Source of the DNA: Octopus vulgaris
Lineage: Eukaryota
Direction: 5' to 3'
Length of the DNA: 64,000 bases
Assembly: GCA_951406725.2 (NCBI GenBank)
Contig: OX597819.1
Span: 118,730,001 to 118,794,000, forward strand
The notes under the pieces are model-generated. The model worked only from the letters and a program-made list of their open reading frames with translations, searched no databases and was not told where the DNA came from. Positions 52,729-64,000 of this stretch are shown piece after piece (position 1 is the first letter of the stretch; the number at the start of each line of letters is the position of its first letter). The translations under genes and the position numbers were made by a program.

Positions 52729-53504
52729 TATATATACATATATAATTTGGTAATATACTTGGTATTCTATATAACTGTTACTGGCTTCGAAACCGCCCCC
52801 ATTGCGCGGATTTTAAGCTAGCTCCTGTGGAGAGCTCTACATTGGGCCTTGAGCCCAACAATAACACTGCATGCATTGAATACACATAGAATTTTATTAA
52901 ACTTGCCCGAGATTTTATAAGGAATGAACAATTTCATCAAAACAAACAATGACATAAGTTGTCGTCTTGGAACCTATTGCAAAGCTGCATGATAAACAAA
53001 ATCTTTTGTTTTCCCATTCGGGGCTATGTACATTTTTTTTCTGTCAAATGGCTTTCTATCTCTCATTCTCTTTCTGTTGATTGATTTCAGCCATTACCAT
53101 CACCAGTACTACCACCATCCCCAATACAACTGCCATGCACACACCATTCAGACTATTGACACCACCACCAGCAGTATATTTGACTACATCACCTTCCCCA
53201 TCACCACCATTACCACAATCTTTCACATCGCTTACTGTCACCGTTATCCCTGATCGCCTTTGCTACCACCAACACCACCATCATCACTGCTGCCTCCGAT
53301 TCTATCGTAACTACAGCCCATACTATTACCATAACCCCATTAACATCCCAACCGTCAGTCTGCTACGACCCCCACTTACTATTACCCTCACTCCAACATG
53401 AGAAATACTAGAAATGTGATTGAATGGCGAGGGAATGTGTCACACTTTGGCACATTGACACACAGAAATCCGCTTTCGCATTTATTATACACACACATAC
53501 ACAC

Positions 53505-53605
<101 letters not shown>

Positions 53606-53716
53606 TAGAGAGAGAGAGAGAGACTGACAGACAGGCAGATAGATAAAATTACAGATAGTTAGGTAAATAGGTAGACAGACAGATATACAGACAGACATAC
53701 CTACATACAGACAGGC

Positions 53717-53753
<37 letters not shown>

Positions 53754-55476
53754 TACAGACAGACAGATATTTAGATAGATAGATAGATAGATAGATAGAT
53801 TGATAGATTGATAGATAGATAGATAGACAGACAGATATACATACACACATACGCTACGATTGAATTATTCCTTTTTTTGTTTATTTTAACTAGCAATGTT
53901 ATCTGGTATTTCTAGAAAACTAAGCAAACCGACTACCTAAAAGCATGCCATTCACCACAATGGTTATTCACCATTAGCACAATAAATTTCGATGTGACTT
54001 GTAGTGATATGAATGACAACAGGTCGAAAGAAAATACAAATGTGTGGAAGAGATCTGATCGAAACGTATTCTTGACCAAAATCAAAATATAATTTGAAAG
54101 ATCAGCTGATTTAAACTTCAAACACGTAGAAAGTGTATGTAATTCTGCACAGCTTAGAGGAAACTCTCTCTAAACGAACTTCTAACTTATGTTCAGCGAT
54201 GTGTAATGTAATATAGACTATATGGCATTAATTTTTCAAATGTAAAATGTTAACGGGCATTGCTAAGACGCATCTTTTATTACATGAAAAGCGTGACAGA
54301 TTTCATAAGGAAATTTGTCTATATTTACAATAGGATATTAATATAGTGAATGCATACTTTATAAGAAATATATAATATAACCTATATTATTACCGTAACT
54401 TCTTTAAATGATATGTTATATAGTTTTAGTGCCCGTGCTACATCAATTACTAGCAAAATAAAACTTCTTTAAAAAATATTTGATTGGAACGGAGTTTGTT
54501 AATTTTTTTCGTAATGCGCATCATTTCGTTGCAATTATCAAACAACACTATCATTTCATTTCTTTGAAATCTGATTTTTTTCCTATCTTTTGACGGCAGA
54601 TAGAAACGACTATTTTTGCATAAACCTATATCAATTTATTTATTAATGTCACTCGCTCTCTCTCTCTCTCTCTCTCTCTCTTTTTCTCTCCCCAACACCA
54701 CGTTATGCACACACACATACACACATACACACATATATACACAGATATATAGTTTAATGCTAGCTTGTTCTTATATATGTCTTGTATTTCACTAGACAAT
54801 CATTAATATCATATACTATAAAGTGTCTGGTTATTTGATACGTTTTTAATTCCTTGTGGAATTTTATTATTAATCCTCCCCTATAAAATAAATAGTTCTT
54901 CATGAAATATTATTAGATTATATACTTGAAACCAATTTCATGCCACTCAGTAAAATAATATGATCATTTTATTCTGTACCCAATTATTAACAGTCCTAAT
55001 ATAAATATTGTGAGAATATTGACTTCACATGAACTATTAATGTTGATGCAGTAAAACATTAAATTAATTATTTACTTACATTTTTTTATTTCTGTATTAC
55101 TAGTTCTAACACAGTGTTCAATTGCTTGACTATGATTCATCTAATATAAGCACAAGAACACTGAATCCGTGAATTAATATCATCGTTCAAAAATAAGCAA
55201 AAAAAGAGCGCTTTTATATCACTGAAGATCAATCAATTTTGGTTTCTTGGATAACCACTAGAACATTAACCAAAGAAAAGTAATTGCTAGTTCCACGCAC
55301 TCACTTATTTACATAGCTCTATATATCATTAAATGCGTAACGATAAAACGGTACGTATAACTGGAGGTACTTCAAATCAGAATGTTAAGAGATTAAACTC
55401 AATATCACAAGGGATTTAGAAAGATGTTCTAAGGAAGTCACTAATCGTTAACCCTGAAAGTAAATCAATACTTCTA

Positions 55477-55553
<77 letters not shown>

Positions 55554-55880
55554 CGAAGACGCTAAATTTAAATCTCGGCTGCTATTAGAAATGTATTTGG
55601 AATTGCCTCTCAGATATTATAGAAATTAGCAAGCAAGCTAGTGTTATCTACCTGTTTATCGATTTTGACTAACTCACTGTATTTCCAAATGTCTATCGAT
55701 CTACTCTTGGAACATCGCCTCGCTTATTTTCTTTCTCCCCTCTCTCATCCAAAGGCATACGCAAACGCATACACCCATACACACACACACACACACACTC
55801 AAAAACATATATATATATACTTATATGTAGAAATTCACATACATGTTAATACACATAAATGCTTTCATATATATATATAT

Positions 55881-56280
55881 ACTCTTTTACTCTTTTACTC
55901 GTTTCGGTCATTTGACTGCGGCCATGCTGGAGCACCGCCTTTAATCGAGCAAATCGACCCCGGGACTTATTCTTTGTAAGCCCAGTACTTATTCTATTGG
56001 TTTTTTTGCCGAACCGCTAAGTGACGGGGACGTAAACACCAGCATCGGTTGTCAAGCAATGCTAGGGGGACAAACACAGACACACAAACATATACACACA
56101 CACTTATATATATATATACATATATACGACAGGCTTCTTTCAGTTTCCGTCTACCAAATCCATTCACAAGGCATTCGTCGGCCCGGGATTATAGCAGAAG
56201 ACACTTGCCCAAGATGCCACGCAGTGGGACTGAACCCGGAACCATGTGGTTGGTAAGCAAGCTACTTACCACACGCGCCT
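55881..56280 (-). mobile_element. SINE family B, best-preserved copy
   Basis: Complete tail with repeated CTCTTTTA units, body, internal tract and head. Confidence 0.93.
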
Positions 56281-57268
56281 ATATATATACATATATATAG
56301 CAAATGAGAGATGATAGAATATATGAGAATTTATTAATCACGACAATTATTTCGACACATCTAGCATCGGTCACTCGTAGGGTGAGAAATAGACACAACT
56401 CGTTAAAATAACTGAATGTGTCGCTAAAGGTCATAGCTACACTCAGTAGGAAGGATTTTATACGTGATCTTTTGGAGAAAGTGTACCAATTTGCAGTTTG
56501 CATGCGGTGGGAAGTTTTCCTTTCCGACATGGAGCTAAAACAAAACGACAAACCTGAATATGGATGCCTTCTAAGGTAAGTATTCATAACACCTAACCAG
56601 ATTTGAGGAGAAGAATTATATTGTATGGTTAATAACGTGAAGTTCAGGATGTACCCGAGTAGGTGTAATATACATAAGTAGAAAATCGGAAAATTACATA
56701 TATCACCGGATTTCAAAGAGCTCCGGGATATATGTACCAACGAGCAAAACTAGTAACATTTACATTTTTGTTACTGAACTACATAAGCCTATTTTTAGGA
56801 AGGAATTTGCGCCGCAAATATAGACAAGCTAGTTACAATGTATTTATAAGTATTAAAAATACAGATCTACTAATCCTCTGAGATTTAGCGATAGATGATA
56901 GGACCGACCCATACGTCACTCGATAAAGCTGTATTATGCTTAAGGACCCTGATCTTTCTTATCGACCCCTCAATTAGATTTATTTGTTCTACTAATTCTG
57001 AAATAATCATTGATAGGTTAATACCCGTCCTTAAGTCTAAAATTTGTCCGATACCCAAGAGGTGTTTGGATGGTTTAAGCTTCTAGAAATTCTTAAGAAT
57101 AGTAAATTCTTGCAACTATATATATAGAGCGCTATTATGCCAATCGTACTTAATCAAGCCCTGATTTATTGCATGAAAAATTCCGATTTGTTCCCACACG
57201 AAATAAATATACTAGCCGTGTGAGCCACTCCAGTAGATTTTGATGGTAGATTATGGAGTAAAAATGTC

Positions 57269-57698
57269 CGAGGACTATGAATTATATTACATATATAAAT
57301 AAAAATGAACAACTACAAAAGTGAATTCCTAGTATGCTAGAAGAAGACGTTAAAACGCCTTGCCACGAATAATATGTTCAAATAATATCTTCAGCAACGA
57401 CTTCACTGAAGAGCTACGGATGATCACGTTAGTGGTCGTTGATAGCGAAATCTTAAGGCATAGAGTTAATTGCTCTGTTTTGTCTTCTTTCATTACCTTG
57501 CTCGCATACATTCTGGCGTTTGCTAAAATCTTTTGAGAATATATACTTCGTGGTAAGGCGTTTTAGCGTCTTCTTCTTGTATATCAGGAATCCACCATAG
57601 TGGATATTTTATTTGTATATGTAATATAATTCATAGTCCTCGAATATCCTTTGAAGTATGCTAGCCACTGGTTTAAATGTTTACGCCATTATTTAACC

Positions 57699-57702
<4 letters not shown>
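57269..57702 (+). mobile_element. pLTR-like module with about 120-bp inverted arms enclosing a hammerhead, ending at (TA)n
   Basis: CGAGGACTATGAATTATATTACATA (57269) versus TATGTAATATAATTCATAGTCCTCG (ends 57642); AAGAAGACG..AAAACGCCTT.CCACGAA is also mirrored. Confidence 0.78.
57399..57467 (+). ncRNA. Type I hammerhead motif (stem I imperfect)
   Basis: CUGAAGA-GCUA...UAGC-GAAA-U-CUUAAG-GC-AUA-GAG. Confidence 0.55.
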
Positions 57703-57786
<84 letters not shown>

Positions 57787-57789
<3 letters not shown>

Positions 57790-58240
57790 ACAATTGAGGG
57801 TAAAAGTAATTAATTAATCAATTTCACCAAGTGTTCAGTATGTAAAAGGACCATTTAAGGCGAATTCAAAATATTACATTATATAATTAGGGCTTAGTAA
57901 AATAAAATAAATTACTTTGCCACATACTGAACTTAGTAGAAATAGCAGCCCCAAAAATTTTTTTCTTACCATTTCTACTACTTAAAGAAAGTTTCTCTCA
58001 GATAATGTTTACTCCAGACAGCTCACGAAGGTTTGGGGGTAAATACAGAAAAATATCACAAGTACATAGATCGTTTGAGTACGTCAACGTTTCAAGATTA
58101 GCCAAATAAAATCAGCATTTCTTTCGTCAGCTCAAATTTCTTAATTTGGATTTGGGAACACTAAAAAGAAGGAACCCTACCTATCAGCGAACTTGTCGCT
58201 TCAGATGAACCACTCCAACTAAACAGTGTCAACAAATTCA
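57787..58240 (-). mobile_element. PLE pLTR-like module, same family as 13581-14400
   Basis: CAACAATTGAGGGTAAAA and GGGCTTAGTAAAATAAA...TTACTTTGCCACATACTGAAC are shared; abuts (TA)n. Confidence 0.82.
58074..58136 (-). ncRNA. Type I hammerhead ribozyme, fully canonical
   Basis: UUUGAG-CUGACGA-AAGA...UCUU-GAAAC-GUUGAC-GUA-CUCAAA. Confidence 0.88.
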
Positions 58241-58242
58241 AA

Positions 58243-58338
58243 AAGAATAAGTCATGGGGTTGATTTTCTCGACTAAAGGCGGCGCTCCATCATGTCCACA
58301 GTCATGTGTGTGAAACATGTAAAAGAGTAAAAGAGAGT
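58243..58338 (+). mobile_element. SINE family B 3' tail
   Basis: AAGAATAAGTC...CGACTAAAGGCGGCGCTCCA...GTAAAAGAGTAAAAGAG. Confidence 0.8.
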
Positions 58339-58656
58339 TTGGAAATCGCAGGTCCTTCAGTTGAACACAAGCTCACGGAATGGTAAATACATTTTGAAAT
58401 AAATGCTTACGTATTAAGCATAGCTGATGAGCTTTAAGTCCCATTCGGCTCAGAAAGCGAAATCAATTGATACAGTCTCCTTTTATTTTTTACAATATAT
58501 TTGCTATATTCTCCGTATGCGTCTATATATTGTGAGTGATGTATAGCTTTGGAGAATTTTGACACATCTTTCTAGCAGATAGGTGCATACTGCAACCTGA
58601 ATTTTAACATACAGGTGGACGTGGGTCCTCTTGACGATGCCTTTAGTCACTGGATC

Positions 58657-58905
58657 CTATAAAGGAGCTGTTGAGGTAGAGAACCACGAAAAGTAGTTGG
58701 GGTTTCCTCCCGTGGTGTGTCTGCTATCGTGGGTTGAACCATAACGATTCTGAATAATTTTGACGGAATGAAGTCTACTATTTCTCTTACTGTGCAAATG
58801 ATCCTGAGATGTAGTGTATGGTCGGTGAACGTGTGAAAGGCTGGGTATTGTGTGAAAATTAGAAAATTGCTCAGTCAAAAGGCTTCTTAGTAGATCTGGA
58901 TTTTT
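58657..58905 (-). CDS. Candidate terminal exon of an unidentified host gene
   Basis: Pyrimidine-rich acceptor CTCTTCTTGATATTCTTCGCGTTCCCAG followed by 82 open codons (KNPDLLRSLLTEQF...APL*); no repeat similarity recognised. Confidence 0.3.
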   Translation of the reverse strand, partial: KNPDLLRSLLTEQFSNFHTIPSLSHVHRPYTTSQDHLHSKRNSRLHSVKIIQNRYGSTHDSRHTTGGNPNYFSWFSTSTAPL

Positions 58906-59662
58906 CTGGGAACGCGAAGAATATCAAGAAGAGTAACGATAGGGTTAACAATAGAGATGAATAAATAATACACAAAATAGCAACGGAGGTGAATAAAAAC
59001 TACTACCATAAAGATGAAGAGGAGTGTGTTGGCTCGGATGAAAAGCAGATATATGACATATCAAGTCTTTAAATTAGAACATGTTTCCATACTAATTGAG
59101 GATGGTTTGTGGGAAACGTGGACGGAATGGAGAGGAAAGAAAGAAAATATATGATTTAACTAATGAAATAAATTAAAACAGACTTGGTGATTTTTATGTT
59201 GATGATAATGATAGTTGCCACCATTATTATCTTCGAAGCCAACACCAGCATCGACATCGTCGTCGTCGTCGTCTGCAGCCTCCTCATCGTCATCATTATT
59301 ATCCAAAGTTAAATCGTGAACGATTGGATGTAAAATGAATTTAATGAAAATATGTTTTCATGAGAATAAAAAAATGCGATTTAAATTACGGAAAATCAAT
59401 AATAAAAAACGCACATTTCAATTTAAATTTTAAGGTATATTTTAATTGCAAAATAATAAAATTATAAAGGAAATTACTCACTTGGTAATTAGTGGCTAAA
59501 ATGTGATATACAGCTATTTTAAGAGAGATGATTGAAGGAGCAATAAAACTGACAGAGTTGGTTAAAATATAACATTAAAGTAACATGGAAGGAATGGTAT
59601 GTACTTCACACTTCCGATATATTAGCTTAGCTTTTAAAATACTTAGATGTGCAGAAACTTAC

Positions 59663-59733
59663 CTGCGTATATATGATGGTAATGTTTGTAACAGTAAAAA
59701 CTGTAAAATTCCGGAGGCAGGAACAACTATGTG
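59663..59733 (-). CDS. Candidate 71-nt internal exon
   Basis: Acceptor CTTATTCTCACCTTCCAG, donor CAG|GTAAGT, two of three frames open. Confidence 0.33.
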
Positions 59734-60049
59734 CTGGAAGGTGAGAATAAGTGGATTTAAAAAAGCGATAAAAATGTAACCTTAAGACATACGAAGGAAC
59801 AAATTGAGAATTAGAAGTGTTTAATTAAGTGGTAGCTATACTGCAAAAAGCTATTTAATTTTGAAAACTAGATTATATATGTCTGAATTTGTACGGGGTA
59901 AAGTGTACTATTAAGTTATTTGGGAAAACACATAGTAATGAAAAAAAAAGAGAAGACCTGTTTGTAATAGATCTGTATATAGAATCAAAATTCATTTATT
60001 AGGTGCATATATGTGTACCGTGTGTGTGTGCATGTTTTGATATGTATAT

Positions 60050-60088
<39 letters not shown>

Positions 60089-60147
60089 CGTGTGGGCATT
60101 GTGACCGAAAATGTAAACACATTGTATAATGATAGTCAGTTTTTATG

Positions 60148-60350
60148 CTCTTTTACTTTTTCAGTCATCTGACTGTGGCCATGCTGGAGCACCACCTTTA
60201 GTCGAGCAAATCGACCCCAGGACGTATTCATTGTAAGCCTAGTACTTATTCTATCCGTATATTTTGCCGAGCCGCTACGTTACGGGGACGTAAACACCAG
60301 CATCGTTTGTCAAGCGAATTTGGGGGACAAACACAGACACACCAACATAT

Positions 60351-60372
<22 letters not shown>
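60148..60372 (-). mobile_element. SINE family B 3' half (5' half at 62307-62471)
   Basis: Tail and body up to the internal CA/TA tract. Confidence 0.88.
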
Positions 60373-60414
<42 letters not shown>

Positions 60415-60557
60415 CTATATATATTAATAAAAAAGAATTCCAACCTTGTCTGATTTACACGTTTCATTTACAATCTTATAATGATATATTATAAGATAAT
60501 ATATTATAATTGAATAAAATAAAATGAAATAGTAGAATGTTAAATGTTCATTCTGAT

Positions 60558-60602
60558 TGAACTAGTACTTTCATGCATTGAATTCTGCAATCTTCGGGTT
60601 CA
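60558..60602 (-). ncRNA. Minimal type I hammerhead in the PLE pLTR (U4C change)
   Basis: UGAAC-CCGAAGA-U-UGCA-gaauucaa-UGCA-U-GAAA-GUAC-UA-GUUCA. Confidence 0.75.
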
Positions 60603-60659
60603 TGTAGTAGTGTTGACAGTCATGCTTCACAAATTTTGACTGTAGCAAGACGATTGATT

Positions 60660-60782
60660 CTGTGCTATAAATACAGCTGGGTAGGCTCCAGAGTGCTAGG
60701 TTTTGCAAACTGTATTCTGACCAATCAGTGTGTAGTATCACTCAATTACTTAAGCTGATTGGTTGGTTGCGCTGATTGGTTT
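60660..60782 (-). promoter_or_regulatory. Putative pLTR Pol II promoter (three CCAATCAG boxes plus a TATA-like element)
   Basis: CTGATTGG twice (60756-60780), CCAATCAG (60721), minus-strand TATTTATA about 65 nt upstream of the hammerhead. Confidence 0.45.
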
Positions 60783-61096
60783 AGGCATCACGCTTTGTTG
60801 GACATGTCAAGAGTCCTATAATTTGACCCTGGCCGAAGCAGCAATTGTTGGGTTATTTTTAGAAATGTTGTAAATATCCTTTGTCAGAGATTTTTATATT
60901 TTTATATTTCAATTGTCATCATCATCATTGTCAGCACCTTAATTATTGTTGCTAGTGGTGATGGTGGTGGCAATAGAACTTTTAACCCTAAATAAGATTA
61001 TTTTCCTGCTATCTTCATCTTGATCACCTTTAGTATTGTTTTTGTTGTTAGTGGTCATGGTCGTAGCAGTGGAAGTAATACCTCTAAGTATTATTA

Positions 61097-62250
61097 TTAT
61101 TGCTTATTTAGCTTGGGTTCGAATTTATCAATAAAATTATTTTCTCTGATTCTCCTCTCGATTTCACTTGGGCTGTGTAATTTGTAGAACGGAAATATTA
61201 TATACATTTTCCGGCCACATGTTGCTAGGTGGTTACTCAAAGGTATCTGACGGACGTCTGGGTCTCTAATATGTTGCCGTTGTACACGTGAGCGTTCTAA
61301 TAGTGCGTTTCCTGTCTGACCTACATATATTTCTTCACAATTTGGGCATTTGATGCAGTAAATTAAATTTCTGCTTTTGCAGTTCATATTCGCGTTTGTG
61401 AATATTTTCCCGGTTTTTGTGTTTATATTTTGACCGGTATGTATGAATTGGCATGTGCCACATCGGCTATCATTGCATTTAGATACCGTGAATGTTTGGT
61501 ATTTGTTGCTGAGGTCAAATTTTGCCTTTGTTAGTAATGTTTACAAGTTTTTAAGCTGTCTTTTACTAAGCACCATAGCTCGATCCGTGATTATGACTTT
61601 TAATTCATTAATTTGGGCAATGATTGGTAGGTTTGCTTTGGCAATGTTGAAGATATTCTGGTGACATGGGTTGTGTGTCACTATGAATGGTATGACTTGT
61701 TCTTGTTTTCATCTTCCTTGGGTTGTCCTAAGTTGTTGTATGGGTATTTTTATAGCCCGCTGTATGCCATTTTCTATAAGTAGAGATGGGTATTTTTGTT
61801 TGAGCAAAAATTATCTTAGTTCTATTAGGCGTTTGTTCCTGATATTTGCATCTTCTACAATGGTACAAATTCTTCTGGCTAGGCAGTATGGGATGTTACG
61901 TTTTGTATGTGGTGGATGGCACGACTTAAAATTTAGGTATTGATGTGTGTCTGTGTGTTTATAGTATATATCTGTGGTGATGGTGGTGTCTTTTTTAATT
62001 ACCATTATATCCAGGAATGGTAAATTGGTACTACTCATCTCTTTTGTAAATTGGAGAGATGGGTGTAGGTTGTTCAGGAGGATATTGAACTCTTCCAGAG
62101 TATTTAGAGATTCTGTCCAGATTATGAAGCAGTCGTCTAGGTATCTCTTCCATGCCTTTTCAATATATTTTCTAAATCCAGTGCCATAGTTTACCTCCAC
62201 CTCTTGGTAGAGTTGTTGTTCTAAGTATCCCATTACAGAGTTGGCGTATA
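61097..62250 (-). pseudogene. PLE RT C-terminal half plus GIY-YIG endonuclease, disrupted
   Basis: ORF-track segments 61811-62233 and 61097-61387. Confidence 0.9.
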
Positions 62251-62268
62251 AATATATATTTATATATT

Positions 62269-62306
<38 letters not shown>

Positions 62307-62309
<3 letters not shown>

Positions 62310-62471
62310 GACGGGCTTCTTTCAGTTTCCGTCTACCAAATCCACTCACAAGGCTTTGGTCGACCCGATGCTATAGTAGAAAGCACTTTCCCAAGGAGCC
62401 ACGCTGGGGGCTGAACCCGGAACCATGTGGTTCGTAGGCATGCTACTTAACACACAGCCACTCCTACGCCT
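62307..62471 (-). mobile_element. SINE family B 5' half
   Basis: TACGACGGGCTTCTTTCAG...CACAGCCACTCCTACGCCT. Confidence 0.9.
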
Positions 62472-63369
62472 ATGAATTTCAAAATTTGATAGATTCTATA
62501 TAGAGGTGTAACATTTTCTAGCAACACTTGTTGTCCGATTCATTACCATATTGATCCGGGTATTGGCGATAAGGTGAAGCAATTGGAACTTAAACAAGAA
62601 AAGACGGTTTGTCAATTTCTGCCGGTAAAAAAATTATCAATTAAGGATTCTCATAAAGTAGAGAAGTGATAAATCCAGGAAACGCAGAGGTTTTTTCCCT
62701 TGGGCCTCATTATTCCATCCGCCTGTTTTTCAAATCTTTTTCACAGAAAGCCCATATGTTACTATGGTAGCGAGATCCGTGTCTAATACTGCTGGCAATA
62801 ATACTCCGCTTCTTTAAAGGCCTCATGAATGCCTCGCATGAAATGCTGTCGCAGTAAATTTGAGCAGTGTGAGTATTGTTACCAATACATGTTCCAATTA
62901 ATTCTTTTGATTTTAAACCTCGCCATATTGCAACACCTCCACTGCATACAGATATTCAACTCTCCTAACTGTGCAATGATGGCGGACATGTAATATCTAT
63001 TCTTAATATACCCACATCACTTCAACATATCTTCGTTGGAAAGTGGGTATCTTCTTCATATAATCTCCACTACCTCTCACAAAACTTCACCCTTCTATAC
63101 TGACGGTCTTCCTTCGGATTAGGAATTATTTTTTGCAATGTAAACAATTTAAACGATAAGAGACATTTTGTAATTCCTGTTTCCTCTCTTCCTTGAAATG
63201 GCAATTTTCTCGAGATGTGCAAAAATATTTTACATTGTGACGTTCGTCGAATACCATGGTTTTTAGGAATGATTTATGAGGACAGCCTGATCATGTTGAA
63301 TCTCGCATGTAGTTCTGCTTGAAAACCATACACAAAAGTGTATATGCACTTCGAGTGCAATATAGAATT

Positions 63370-63843
63370 CAGAAGACTTAGGGCATCTCATTCCCTGCAG
63401 ATAAAATGACCTTGGCTTTCTCTAGAGCAGATAAGAAAGTTGTCTCCACTGCATGAATTTGAATTTCGTACAATGCGATGAACCCAGCACTCCTTTTGGG
63501 TTAGGAAATGTTCAAGGACACCAACTGCCAACTATTACCGCTTCAACAATGACAGATTTTGCTGTGATGTGATCAGCCTGGCGCGCTTTTGATCAGGTAT
63601 CAGAAAACGTGGCAGCCACCAAGCAGGAATCTTTGTAATACCAAGTTCACTGGGCAGAATATCTTCAATTCTATAACGAGATACACTCAAAGCATTGGAT
63701 ATTCGATTATAATCAATCATGTGCTATCCTTCACCATGTGATGAAAATGATCAATGAGATCTTCGGTGGTGCAAGTTGCAGGACATCCAGGCCTTGAGTC
63801 ACCTTCAATACTTTCCTATCCCACCCGAAATTCAGCTGCCCAG
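63370..63843 (-). mobile_element. Mariner transposase remnant (N-terminal and central part)
   Basis: WAAEF..G.ESIEGD.RPG.P and IL..ELG..KI.AWWLPR.L..DQKRAR (WVPR-type motif). Confidence 0.78.
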
Positions 63844-63904
63844 TCTTGCCCTGTCTTGCCAGTCTTGCCAGTCTTGCCCTGTCTTGCCAGTCTTGCCAGT
63901 CTTG

Positions 63905-63993
<89 letters not shown>
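63835..63993. repeat. 9/10-bp minisatellite (AGTCTTGCC/CTGTCTTGCC) followed by (CT)n and (TA)n
   Basis: Direct reading. Confidence 0.9.
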
Positions 63994-63995
<2 letters not shown>

Positions 63996-64000
63996 ACTTA

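Larger units (their letters stand above)
60413..62250 (-). mobile_element. 5'-truncated Penelope-like element nested in the SINE's (TA)n tract
   Basis: RT YANSVMGYLE...WKRYLDDCFIIW...LPFLD...YYK.TDTHQYL...SCHP.HTKRNIPY; GIY-YIG NLIYCIKCPNCEEIYVGQTG. Confidence 0.93.

Noticed and set aside
53026-53401. Thr/His/Pro-rich ORFs
   Set aside because: Degenerate (CAC/CAT)n low-complexity sequence.
62560-62880. Possible second mariner C-terminal remnant
   Set aside because: Too degenerate to align to the YSPDLAP motif.

Overview
AT-rich, microsatellite-dense eukaryotic DNA, most likely from a coleoid cephalopod (Octopus). That assignment is inferred from the abundant tRNA-derived SINE families and the repeat landscape. 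No intact host gene is evident; at most there are two candidate minus-strand exons near 58.7-59.7 kb. The window is almost entirely transposon debris: a near-full-length decayed CR1-group LINE (26.2-30.0 kb) plus a 3' fragment, two Dong/R4-like remnants, an RTE fragment, two Ty3/Gypsy remnants, three mariner remnants, MITEs, non-autonomous Helitrons (one an exact head-to-tail dimer), three SINE families, and several Penelope-like elements (PLEs; RT plus GIY-YIG). The most striking pattern is a set of short non-coding modules lodged in or next to (TA)n tracts. They come from several unrelated sequence families, yet carry type I hammerhead-ribozyme motifs, most with a palindromic stem/loop III, and many are folded into long inverted repeats; in at least one, the symmetry axis is the ribozyme's own stem II. 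Two of the (TA)n-targeted insertions split SINE copies at their internal TA tract. Two divergent PLEs are 5'-truncated at almost the same RT codon. One SINE family shares a 3' stem-loop with the CR1-like LINE. All alignments and folds were read by eye; no database search was run.
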